A DNA stretch of 64,000 nt, taken from assembly GCA_905178155.1 (NCBI GenBank), contig CAJINV010000008.1:434001-498000 (forward strand), written 5' to 3'. Below the pieces are notes generated by a model. That model was not told where the DNA came from and did not search any database. It saw only the letters and a list, made by a program, of their open reading frames with translations. This DNA comes from Amoebophrya sp. A120 (lineage: Eukaryota > Protista > Dinoflagellata). The stretch's first letter is position 1. Every line of letters begins with the position of its first letter. Positions 27,701-37,100 of the stretch are shown here, piece after piece. The position numbers were made by a program, and so were the translations under genes.

Positions 27701-30281
27701 TCGAGAACAGGAACGAAGAAAAGGTGTCCAACCCTCCGCTCATCCCGAGCTGCGGGCGGTAGATCTCGGAGCACGCGAAGGGGATCAGCGCCTTCAGCGA
27801 GTTCGTGACCAGGTCGACGTGCGACTCGTTCTCGCAGGCGTCGAGCAGCACGCGAATCCCGTTTTCCTGCGAGATGGACCGCTGCGCGAAGTCGTCGTCG
27901 GACAAGTAGAGCAGGGACAACAGGCAGCAGAGCCGGACGTGTTCGTTTTTCGAGGTGTTGTAGATCTCCACGAGGATCCGCAGCCCCCCCTGCAGCACGA
28001 ACTCGCGATGCGTGTCGGCGTAGTACAGAAATGCGGAGAACATCAGCGACAAATGCGGACTCAGCTCCTGCTCCTCCAGCAGTCCGCCATCCCACGAATC
28101 GATCAGCGACGCGAAGAACATCGACCTGGTCAGTTCCTGGCGGACGCTCATTTCATCCGTCAATTGCCGGCACAGGTCGCAGAAGTAGATCGCGGAGGTG
28201 AGCGACAGCTTCTTTAAAAAGTCCCGCTGCAGGTACCGCTTTTCGAACCCGCACTGCAACAGCATCAGGCCGGTCTTGTCGTCGCACTTGGACAAGTTGT
28301 GAAAGAACTGGGTCGCAAAGTCCACAAAAATTGCGTCCGCCCCCGCGCTGTCGCCCTGCGTGGTCGAGTCCAACGCGGATTTTTGCTGCGCCGCCACCTG
28401 CAGCGAGGGTTCCTTGGCCAGTTGCGCGTCGTCCACACCATGGGACACGACGTTCAGGATAGCTTCCAAATACGCCTTTTTCAGGCACGCGTTGGTGTTC
28501 GCGGCGTCCGACGCGGCGTTCGCCAGCGCGAGCATGCAGTACCGCCGGATCTCGATGTCCTCCTGCAGGTTACAGGCCAGAAACACAATATCCATGATAT
28601 CCTGCTCGGTGGGAGTCGTGGGGTGCGTCGCCGTGATCGCCGCTAAAATCTGGATGGCGTTCACGCGGATGGAGTAATGCAGCTTCTCCGTCATCGCGAT
28701 GGACACGACGTTCGACAGGAGACCGGTCGCGAGCAGCACGTGGTGGAATTTGGGCGTCAACGTCAGGTGGAGGAAGGCGCGAATCAGGTGCTGCTGAACC
28801 GCGGTGGAGTCGCTGAAAATGTGCGACTGCAGAATCGTGAAGTACCGACTCTCCACAATTTTGTCGTGCAGCTCCACGGACTCGCACAAGTTCGCGATGA
28901 TGCACAGCACGATCGGTACGAACTCGGCGTCGTTGGTCAGTGCGGCCTTGTCCAAACATTCGATCACGTCCTGCTCGAGCAACAGGTACGCATTTTCCCT
29001 CCGGAAGGAGAAATGCAGGAGAATGTCCAGGACGATGGGGATCAGCTCCTTCGGACTGGCCGGGTTGCGCGTGATCCCGATGATGATCGGCAGCACCCCG
29101 AGCTGGGGGAACCGCTCCTGCCCCTCGGGCGTGACCGTCAGCCCGCGGATCAGAGCCAGCGTGTAAAACATGATCTTGTAGTTCTCGGTATCCTGAGTAA
29201 AAACGTACCCACACCATAGTCAAGATGGGGAATCGGCTAGACAAATCCAGAAGTTTTGGCTGTTTTGCATGACAAATTTGGACTCGTATTGTAGTGCTGT
29301 TTGAGCTAGCTGAGGAGCATCGCAGATCTAGCATACCATGCTGATTGGAGCATGACAAATTGCAAAACACGACTATAAAATGCTTCTCATGGGGCTCCGC
29401 ATGAGAAACATTTTCAGCATGCAGATTTGCATTACAACTATGGGGTGGGTACGTTTTTACTCAGGATACTCGGACACGATGAAGCGCCACACCATGTTAT
29501 CAAATGTAAAAATGTCTGGGTCTGGAAAGTTGCAACTTGTAATGCTAATTCTGGATCGTGCCAGAATCTGTCTTGCATGGATGCCAAAAGCTGTCCACTT
29601 TTGACCAAGTTGAGAGGAAGTTTCTCATGCAGAATAGGCATGATAGGGATTTCGCAGAATCTGTCATGCTAGGCCCTGCATTACAGGCATCATGGGTCAT
29701 GACAAATATGCATGACAAGTCTTGCATTCTTCCAGACCCAGACATTTTTGCATTTGATACATGTCGTCCGTGCGCAAGTCGACCATCATCTGTCGGTGGA
29801 TCGGGTCCGCCGTAAAGTTAGACAACGCGAACAGGCAGTTGATGATCACTTCCTCGATGTTTTTCGCGTTTTTCAGCACGAGCACCACCCCGTTCAAAAT
29901 GTTCAGCTCGTGCAGGATCGGCCAGAACAGGTTGCTGGTCGCGAAGTTCCCGATCGCGATCAGGATGTACACGGTAACCTCCGACACCTCCTCGTACAGG
30001 ATGGGTGCTATGTGTCGTATCACCTCCTCTTGCAGCAACAGGGGAAAGGTCCCGACGTTGACGGACAAATTACTGATCGCCAAGGCGGCGTATTTTCGAC
30101 ACATGTCGTCGAGCGAGATGATCAAGGGCAGAATTGCGTCCTTCCACCCGCCGCCCTGCACGATCCGGAGCTGGTACGCCCGGTTCGAGCAGTGGTGCGC
30201 CAGTGCTTTGATCGCATGACGCTTCTCCTTCACAGATTTCAGGATCTTCAACGACGAAATCAATTCGCCGTACGAAGACAT
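6722..30281 (-). CDS. Giant Armadillo/HEAT-repeat protein (>6,000 aa by rough exon sum) with an internal PDZ-like domain; candidate Nd9-like alveolate protein
   Basis: The N-terminus has Vac8-like ARM repeats (KYAALAISNLSVN, ILIAIGNFATS, CLFALSNFTAD, CIIANLCES). ORFs 29697-30281, 25824-29171, 23847-25538, 15671-17785, 12127-15486, 11671-12111 and 10463-11224 join in frame across introners (e.g. DDM|VWRFIVSE|NYKIMFY, ISK|CTFVMVH, LLSL|HNLSC, IDE|DPEF, YLM|TIFL, RHL|LRTV, YDVL|PYTT). Probable GT-AG introns lie at 22138-22250 and ~12095-12298. The last exon reads IGGHKALHNLSRYGDSTEVRQTATMLLTKLA...STM* (TAG at 6722-6724). Exon linkage between ~7400 and ~10600 is inferred. Confidence 0.75.
6882..7160. 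mobile_element. Introner, family B (279 bp), TSD GGCCT
   Basis: TIR TATCCT(A/G)AG(C/T)AAAAACGTCCCCAC. GGCCT at 6877-6881 and 7161-7165. Removal gives NKIGG|HKALHNLS. A GC-AG register is possible. Confidence 0.93.
11253..11423. mobile_element. Introner, family C (171 bp, ~60-bp foldback TIR), TSD GGACG
   Basis: TATCACA(C/A)AGAAAAAA(G/A)CTGGC(T/A)GGGCATATTTGTAATGC..AAATAAATACACA is inverted at both ends. GGACG at 11248-11252 and 11424-11428. Frame restored. Confidence 0.93.
11479..11740. mobile_element. Introner, family A (262 bp), TSD AGATG
   Basis: Family A TIRs. AGATG at 11474-11478 and 11741-11745. Near-identical to 17740-18001. Confidence 0.95.
15432..15682. mobile_element. Introner, family A (251 bp), TSD CATCA
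   Basis: Family A TIRs. CATCA at 15427-15431 and 15683-15687. Opposite internal orientation to the 11479, 17740 and 29498 copies. Confidence 0.95.
17740..18001. mobile_element. Introner, family A (262 bp) with mismatched termini, TSD CTCGT
   Basis: Left end TATCAAATGTA, right end TGCACTCCATA. CTCGT at 17735-17739 and 18002-18006. Confidence 0.93.
23751..24005. mobile_element. Introner, family A variant (255 bp, TATGGATTGCA termini), TSD GCGCG/GAGCG
   Basis: TATGGATTGCAAAAATGCCTGGGTCTGGAAG ... CTTCCAGACCCAAACATTTGTGCAATCCATA. The TSD has one mismatch. Frame restored. Confidence 0.92.
24288..24527 (-). other. PDZ-like domain within the giant ARM protein
   Basis: ESTITFKETDRAPLGIKL...VIDGTPAQR...LITINNQPVHGLRQDEIVPLFQQRPLALLFRR shows a PLGI carboxylate loop, a G-T-P-A motif, I-x-x-I-N and a C-terminal RP-L-x-L-x-F pattern. 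Confidence 0.65.
25556..25835. mobile_element. Introner, family B (280 bp), TSD CTTAC
   Basis: TIR TATCCTGAGTAAAAACGTACCCACACCAGAGT. CTTAC at 25551-25555 and 25836-25840. Near-identical reverse complement of 29189-29468. Confidence 0.95.
29189..29468. mobile_element. Introner, family B (280 bp), TSD CTCGG
   Basis: Family B TIRs. CTCGG at 29184-29188 and 29469-29473. Frame restored. Confidence 0.95.
29498..29759. mobile_element. Introner, family A (262 bp), TSD CATGT
   Basis: Family A TIRs. CATGT at 29493-29497 and 29760-29764. Leaves an 8-codon micro-exon (VWRFIVSE) before the next element. Confidence 0.95.
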
Positions 30282-32013
30282 CCTGGGCGAAGTTTGGGTA
30301 GAAAAACGAGGTGGCTACAGGAAAAAAAAACTCCAACGCGTGCCGGAGGTACTTCTCACGTGAAACAGATCACAAGCGGAATCGGGGGCGCTCCTGAGTG
30401 TACAGTGCTAGCTCCGGGGTCGTGAACGTGGTTTTGGTTCGTGCTTCCTCGGTTTGATTCTTCAATCCTTTGGAGTGCTGACAAGAATTCCTCGTCCACG
30501 GAACTTTCTGCTTCCTACTTGCTGCACAGCCAAGTTCGAGCTGGCACTTGTTGTGTATTCGTAATGCTTACGTAACGCCGGAATTGTGTAACCACTTCTG
30601 AGGAGCGTCGCGAAAGCAGGTGGTTGTTGTCACGTGTGATCGGTGCAGCGACAGTGATACTAACATGTTACAACCACCTCTGTCCGCACCTGGTCTTCCG
30701 GGCGGCCCGCTGCGTCTCTGCTACAGCCAGCCACTTTGCCGGGGGCGACGCTGTGTACTTTTTTCTGGCTCCAACACCTTCTCCACTGTAGAAACAGTTG
30801 GTCGCGGCGTTTTTTCGTTCGTCGTCCACATTCAAAATGTCAGTCCACCACGCGCATGCACAAGGAAGAGGTGGATATTGGAGACTCATAATTGAATTAA
30901 GGTTCAAATATGTTGATGGGGTTGGAAGCGAAATATCTGTATTCTCGGGAAGGGGTACAGCCCACTACGATGAATTAAAGAAGAAAATTAATGCGACGAG
31001 AGTAAAAGCAAGTTGGGCTGTCGAGAACGAAATAAATTACATCTTCAGGTATTTTTCCTTCTTGATTTCCGAGCTCAGTGTAACAAGCGCTCTTTGACGA
31101 TAGGTGTTGAAATTCCTTCAAACGAAGAGAACTCACTGTAATATCAAAGAACGGTCCTGCGACGCAAGACAAGCAACACGGCACTCATCTCCCACTCCCA
31201 CTCGCTCCTTGCGATCATCTCTCTCTCGCTCATGTCAAATTAACTCCTCTAACAGTCCTACTCCTTCCTGATTAGTCATATCCTGCCACCAGAGCGACGC
31301 ATTTCCGACGAAAATATTTTACCTGTAACTATGTAAGGACGCGTTGTCTGTCGTTCAGCTTTCGCTTTCGGAAACAGCCAATGATCTCGATAACGACCAA
31401 CGCTCTACAAAATCTCTTCTTTCAGGGTCGAACCACTCACGGTAATTCTGTAAACAAGAACTACGGCGAAAAGCAAACATTTTACTCTCTCACATCGAAG
31501 TTCCGCTATCAAACAAGTGCATGTGGATTCCGCTCGTGAATGCATGCGTCAGAACACTGAACAGAACGAATACATCGAACAAGTTTGAAGTAAGTATAGC
31601 TTAACTATCCCAGTCGTGATCATGCCAGCCTCTGGTATCAAATGGAAGACGTGATCGAGGTTCGAACTAGCGCTCTCGAGGCGCACCCGCCTCGGGTATA
31701 GACCGAGTACTACGCCGCGGGTGCTAAATTCTGATCCGCAGATGCAGGCCGCGTTTCAGCGGCATATTTTTTACAAATGTCTGGTAAGGTAGACGTATGC
31801 GAGCTGCAGGTACCATCTTACGTGATTGGGAGTGTAATTCCATCCGTCGTCTGCCAAGCACTCCCTCGGAAAACAACGTCCCCGTCTCGTGAACCAACTC
31901 CGACCTCCTGTGGCACTGACCTCTCATTAGCCCTGGTAGTCGCCGCGCATTCGAGATCCTTCGCAAACAGCCCGTGGCGCTGCGGCAACCCCAATTATCC
32001 TTGTCTTTCTTCA

Positions 32014-32847
32014 CTAGCTATTCATGACCGACGCAGCCACCTTGGTCGCCGGCTGAAACGAGGGGGGCAACGGACGCTGGCACGGCGTCCCGTGAGGAAT
32101 CATGGCGTACAGTTCGCCCGCGCACCGCGTCATTATGCTGTCCAGGTTTCTACAGTGCTGCACTTCTTGGCGTTCTCGCTTCACACTCAGCAGCCGCTTT
32201 TCTCGCCACGCCTGCTGCTGCTCTTCTGCCGAAAGTCGGTGGTCGCTCTCCTCGTCCTCCTCCTCAGTGGTAGGGCGTCCCAGGTTTGCAAGAAGCCGGC
32301 GCTTCGTTCGCCGGAACCATTTGCGACCCTCGAGGCTGCCCCGGTGGTAAACCGCTGCGCCGGCCTCGAGCACGTGCAGCACGTAGTTCGTCACCCGAGC
32401 TTCGGATTGGTAATTGGTTTCCATCAGGTCCTTTTCGCGCACGTCTTGGTCCGAGCAGTCCAGCTGCGTGTTGATATCAGCGGCGGCGTGCTGGTTCTTG
32501 CTGCTTCGCTCCCGCGACTCCTTCCACAGCTCGTGAATGCGCGAGTCGTTTTCGTACCGGATGCCTTCGGGCAGGTCCGGTCGCAAGGTTTTGTACAGCT
32601 GCAGGTCGAAACACTGCCACTGCCGGTACTGCAGCGCAGCGTAGTAGCACTTGAACTGGGGGCTCTCCAGCTGCACCCGGGCCATCTCGAGCCGGTCCAG
32701 CCGGTCCAACTCCTTCTCGTGCCGTTTTTCCAGGATGCGGTATGCGCAGTAGGAAACACACCCGCAGTACAGTGCACCCATGTACAAATTTATCCGCGTC
32801 GCATCCAGTTTCACCTGAGCCAAGATCCCCGCACGAGGAATCGGCAT
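32014..32847 (-). CDS. Hypothetical protein, 277 aa, one N-terminal hydrophobic segment followed by a charged helical region
   Basis: GC-rich ORF between lower-GC intergenic tracts. INLYMGALYCGCVSYCAYRIL is a possible TM helix. No family recognised. Confidence 0.6.
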   Translation of the reverse strand: MPIPRAGILAQVKLDATRINLYMGALYCGCVSYCAYRILEKRHEKELDRLDRLEMARVQLESPQFKCYYAALQYRQWQCFDLQLYKTLRPDLPEGIRYENDSRIHELWKESRERSSKNQHAAADINTQLDCSDQDVREKDLMETNYQSEARVTNYVLHVLEAGAAVYHRGSLEGRKWFRRTKRRLLANLGRPTTEEEDEESDHRLSAEEQQQAWREKRLLSVKRERQEVQHCRNLDSIMTRCAGELYAMIPHGTPCQRPLPPSFQPATKVAASVMNS

Positions 32848-34124
32848 GGTGGCGAAAGAAAAGGTAAAGACAGTGAAGAAAGAAAACCTTGTCCTTCAAA
32901 ACTTTCAATTTTTTAGAGTATAAACAAAGTCAGCACGAAGGACCGAACTCTATGAAATTCTGTTATTTCAGATTCACAATACTAAGTAAGGTCAACATAC
33001 CACGGTGGAAGATATCAAGAGCCGAACACGCTGCGCTGATGACTATGATCAACCAACTTCAACGCTCACACTGTTGTTGCAATAGTTAACTTCGCAAAGA
33101 TAACTATTCCATAGAAAAGCTGCGCAGTCAGTGTAGCCTTCGCCTTCCGCTTCTTTGCATCTTCTACAGCACACTGCGTTAGTAAGTCTCGTTTACTTCT
33201 TTTTGCACAGAATGCAAGATGTATTGGCGGCCCTCGACGACGGACCTAGGCACTTCTCGTCGAGTGCGAGTAATATCATGTGTGTTCGTTTATTGCGATC
33301 GCAGGGGCTTGTCGTCGTTAGAGGCAAGAAGAAGAACTAGGATGAGGTACGAATTGAAAAAATTAATAGTAAAAAACGAGCTCATGCATTATTTTTCGTA
33401 TTATACATGTTTTCGTTCTCGCTCCACAAGTTTTTCAACTGAGATCGAGTTTTCAAACTACAGTTGTGCGTGTGATACAATGTGACAGGTTAACCCGAAA
33501 AACGTTGCTGCTGTGCGAACGCAAATGCGGGGTCAAGCGTCTATACACATTTTATTTTTCTGTGTACGATATGAATAAAACTAGATGATACGACTGCCCA
33601 GGGGATTTTCTTCTTGATCCTTAACCTAAAGTCTTTTTTATTTCCCATGTTCACTCTTTTTTTGATTTTATATATTTGCCCTGAAGACATTAAGGTGAAT
33701 GTGAATAAAGAGGGACCTCAGCGTCAGCCCTGTACAAATGTGCGTATACAACGGGTGTCCGAACGAGGAGCAGCTCTCGGGACGTTTACAAATACGAAAT
33801 CCGAAGTCGAATTGTGACATAACAGTTTGCTTTCTGGAGACCTGCCACGACTACTTGGCGCGACTGCAGCTGCAGATTCTTGTAAATCAGAAAGAGTCAT
33901 CAATTTTTCGCATGTCATCGATGCGAATTAGTTTACTAGTAAGTATTTGATAGTTTTACGATAATTGACGGGCGTGATACCGTAACGAAGGTGATTTCAT
34001 CGTCTCTCCTTGCGTCATCACAATTGTTTTCTCAGTTTTTCTTGAAAAAATTAAGTAAGACCTCCATAGCCGCACAAGCCAGTTCAACCGCGGTGGTCCG
34101 CCGGTTTCTCCGTAGTTCATACCA

Positions 34125-37100
34125 CTATCGCTTCTGCTGCTTTGCCAACTCCGCAACATCATCAAGAGATACCCCGAAGTACTTTATCGGCTGATCCTGA
34201 TCAGGCGTATTCCCTTGATTCGCATACACTTGCTGGGACGCATTCCCTGGAGTACCTCCGACACTCATCCCTGCAGTGGCGTCTGTGAATTCAAGTGTAA
34301 GGACAATGAAAACTTTCCTTCACCGTAGTACCAGTAACAATCAGGAAAGCAGTGTTATAGCTTGCAAGTACAATTATCGATGAAGTTGATGCTAATCGAA
34401 AGATAAGGCAAAAGAAACCCCCATGCATCGCGCATCAAGCAAAACAAATGTAATGTGCGCTGTACCTGCTCCCGGGGTTCCACCTTCGCTGAAGGTGCCA
34501 GGGGTTACCTCGAAGCCGGGAGACGGGGTGTAGCTGAAGTCGGAATCTCCTTGTGCGCCATGAGAGCGGCTTCCAGAAGGCAGTCCTTGGCCGCGAGCGG
34601 CATGTCGGCTGGACGAGGCGGCGCCACCAGCACCGAAGCTCGAGCCGTAGGGAGCACTGCGTTGCGCTTGGCCGCCAGAGCTGCTACTGAGAAAGCCAGC
34701 CGGGGTGTAGCTAAAAGTACCACTCGCCCCGCCGTCGGTCATGTGACCGAGCCCGCTGATTTCGCTACCCGGCGTCTGGTCGTATCTCAGTTCCGCTTTT
34801 TCCTGTTTCTGATAAAGTTCGTATACGTCGGCGAACTGCCTCGCTGTGACCCGGTTTCGCTTGTGTTCTGGATTCTCGGCGCCAGCTTCCACGGCCTCCA
34901 TGGCGAGTTGTTTTTGTTGCCTGTCCTTCTCGTACAGATCCTTATGCTTCCAGACATCCTCACCCGCTTTCAAGCCCTCCTTGTCAGCCTCCGCCAAGGC
35001 ATTCTGTTGAAAAGTTTGTCTTTATTTTTTTAGTGCGCAATGGATCAGCAATACCTAGGGCCAGGCTGTAGACGATGAACATGACATAAAACTCGCTCTC
35101 GCACAAGAAGCTTCGGCATAATCAAAGCAAACTGGCGCGGACCCGACGCCGTTCGCAATCGCAACTGCTTGTACCAAGCACTCACTTCTATCTGCTCTAG
35201 TACATGCACTGTGTTGTATCTTTAGTACTCCCTTCAACAGCAATCATAGAAAATACCGCGGTTTCTTCCTCGATTTTTGCAAATTTCTCCCAGCGCTTGC
35301 GGGCCATAGCCGCAATCTGGTATCCAGGCTGATGGTGCCGTGCGATTTTACTTCTCCCCTTCAGAAACCACTGGTAAAGGGCGTCCAGCTTTTCGAAGGG
35401 TTTCGTTATCGTCGTGTCCTCTTCATTTTCCGACAGCATATTTCCCCAAATGCGGAACCCGTCGTGGTCGACCGAAATATGTTCCACGTTCGTTTTCTGA
35501 TCATGTGATAGATTTTCATATTCACTTTTTTGTATGTTAATGTTTGCAGTAACCTATTCATATCTTCATTCATTGGCATTGATTACTACTTTAATTTTCA
35601 AGAAGAGCGAGTGCCAGTAGAAGAGAAGAGACTCAACAACTTGATGTGCTCATTGTCTTGCTCAATCTACAGTCTACTATTCACGCCGATCTAACTGCTG
35701 GCTGTTGACATCGTTTCGTTTTCGATTCTTCAAGGTTAAGGTTTAAAAAACAGCAGAAGGCCATTGCACTGATTAGACACAGCGATGAGCAATTCTCCGT
35801 TTGAGAAAATCACTTGATTAAATCATTTTTAGCAAGCGAGTATCTATAAACAGTAAAAGTCCGCATCAATTATTAATTTGTGGTACCGGATGGTGAAAAG
35901 CCCAGGCCATGACGATGTGCCCCGGATTGCGGTGGTCCCACTGGAACTTGAGTAACATTTTCTGCTCGGTCTTTGCGAGCTTCGAGAATTCCGACTTGGT
36001 CGCCTCCAGGTGGCCGTAGTTGGTCCTGGTGAACATCCTTTGCCCGTCGGATGGATTTTCCCGCTCGTGCAGAGACTTCTGCATTCGCGGGTCCCACTTG
36101 CGGTGGCCTTTGGCGTCCCGGAGCTTCTCGCACATGGGGGTAATGTACGCGTTGGAGAAGTGATCCAGATCGTTAAACACCACGTCCTGGCAGCCAACAC
36201 GGAGAACCAAGCGCTGGCCCAGGCCGGACCGGTCCACCCGGCGCACGTCCTTGTCCCACTCCTCGCGCAGGTAGAGCGGGCGCAGCCAGTGCTGCTGGTC
36301 GTTCTCGCAGCGCAGCAGGTGTTGGTTCTGAAGCAGGCTCGCGTCCGCGGGGTTCATGTCCTTCGGGGGGTGGCGCCGACGCCGCACCGTGGGGAGGTCC
36401 TCCGCGTTCAGGCCCAGCTCCGCCAACCACTCCGTGGGGAGCTGCGGCTCCGTGTCGACGCCCGAAAACTTGAAGTAGGCGAGGAGGTAGGGGTTCGTCT
36501 CCGCGTGGCGGAAGAGCACGGTGCCCTGGGGGCTGGCGGCCAGCCAGTCGTACAAGTCCTCGTTGGAGGAGGAAATGTACTGGTCGTGCACCACGTTGCG
36601 CTGCCTCTGGTGTGCGGCCAGCGCTCGCTTGCGCATGGCGGCTTGCTGCTGGATCTCGGCGTCGTCGCGCCGGGGGAGCAAGGCGGGGACCAGCGCCCCA
36701 CACGCGTTGTTGCCCGGGACTCGCCAAATGGAGTCGACGGTAGCCTCCTGGATCCTCAGCTTCGCAAACTCCAGCGAAAGTTGCTCCGACTGGTGGTGGC
36801 CGAGGACCGTCGCTTTCTTTGGCTCGCGCGCGATACGTTCTACTCTATCTATGATTTCCTGCCTGCCTAGAAGGCCCTTTGCCGTCAACCGTTTTTCTTC
36901 CTGATCCATCATTTCGTCCGTCTCCGCTTGCGTGCGTTCAACCTTGACCTCCCGTGGGAGCCGGGGCGCCATGCTGCCGAGCTTGATGGGAAAAGCCACC
37001 GGGTGACCCTTGTCATCGTTCATGGGCTGACTGGTACGGCCGTAATCCACGAGCGGGATGTGGAACGGGCGGGGCTCGAGGCCCCACGCTGCGTCGTAGT

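Noticed and set aside
25556-29468. U12-type introns, because family B starts (G)TATCCT like the RTATCCTT minor donor
   Set aside because: Only family B matches, the preceding base varies (G, G, C, T), no TCCTTAAC branch site was seen and the 3' ends do not fit.
6722-30281. Pseudogene disrupted by transposon insertions
   Set aside because: Multi-kb exons contain no stops or frameshifts, and insertions of different apparent ages all repair in frame. The normally essential SPT6 carries one too.
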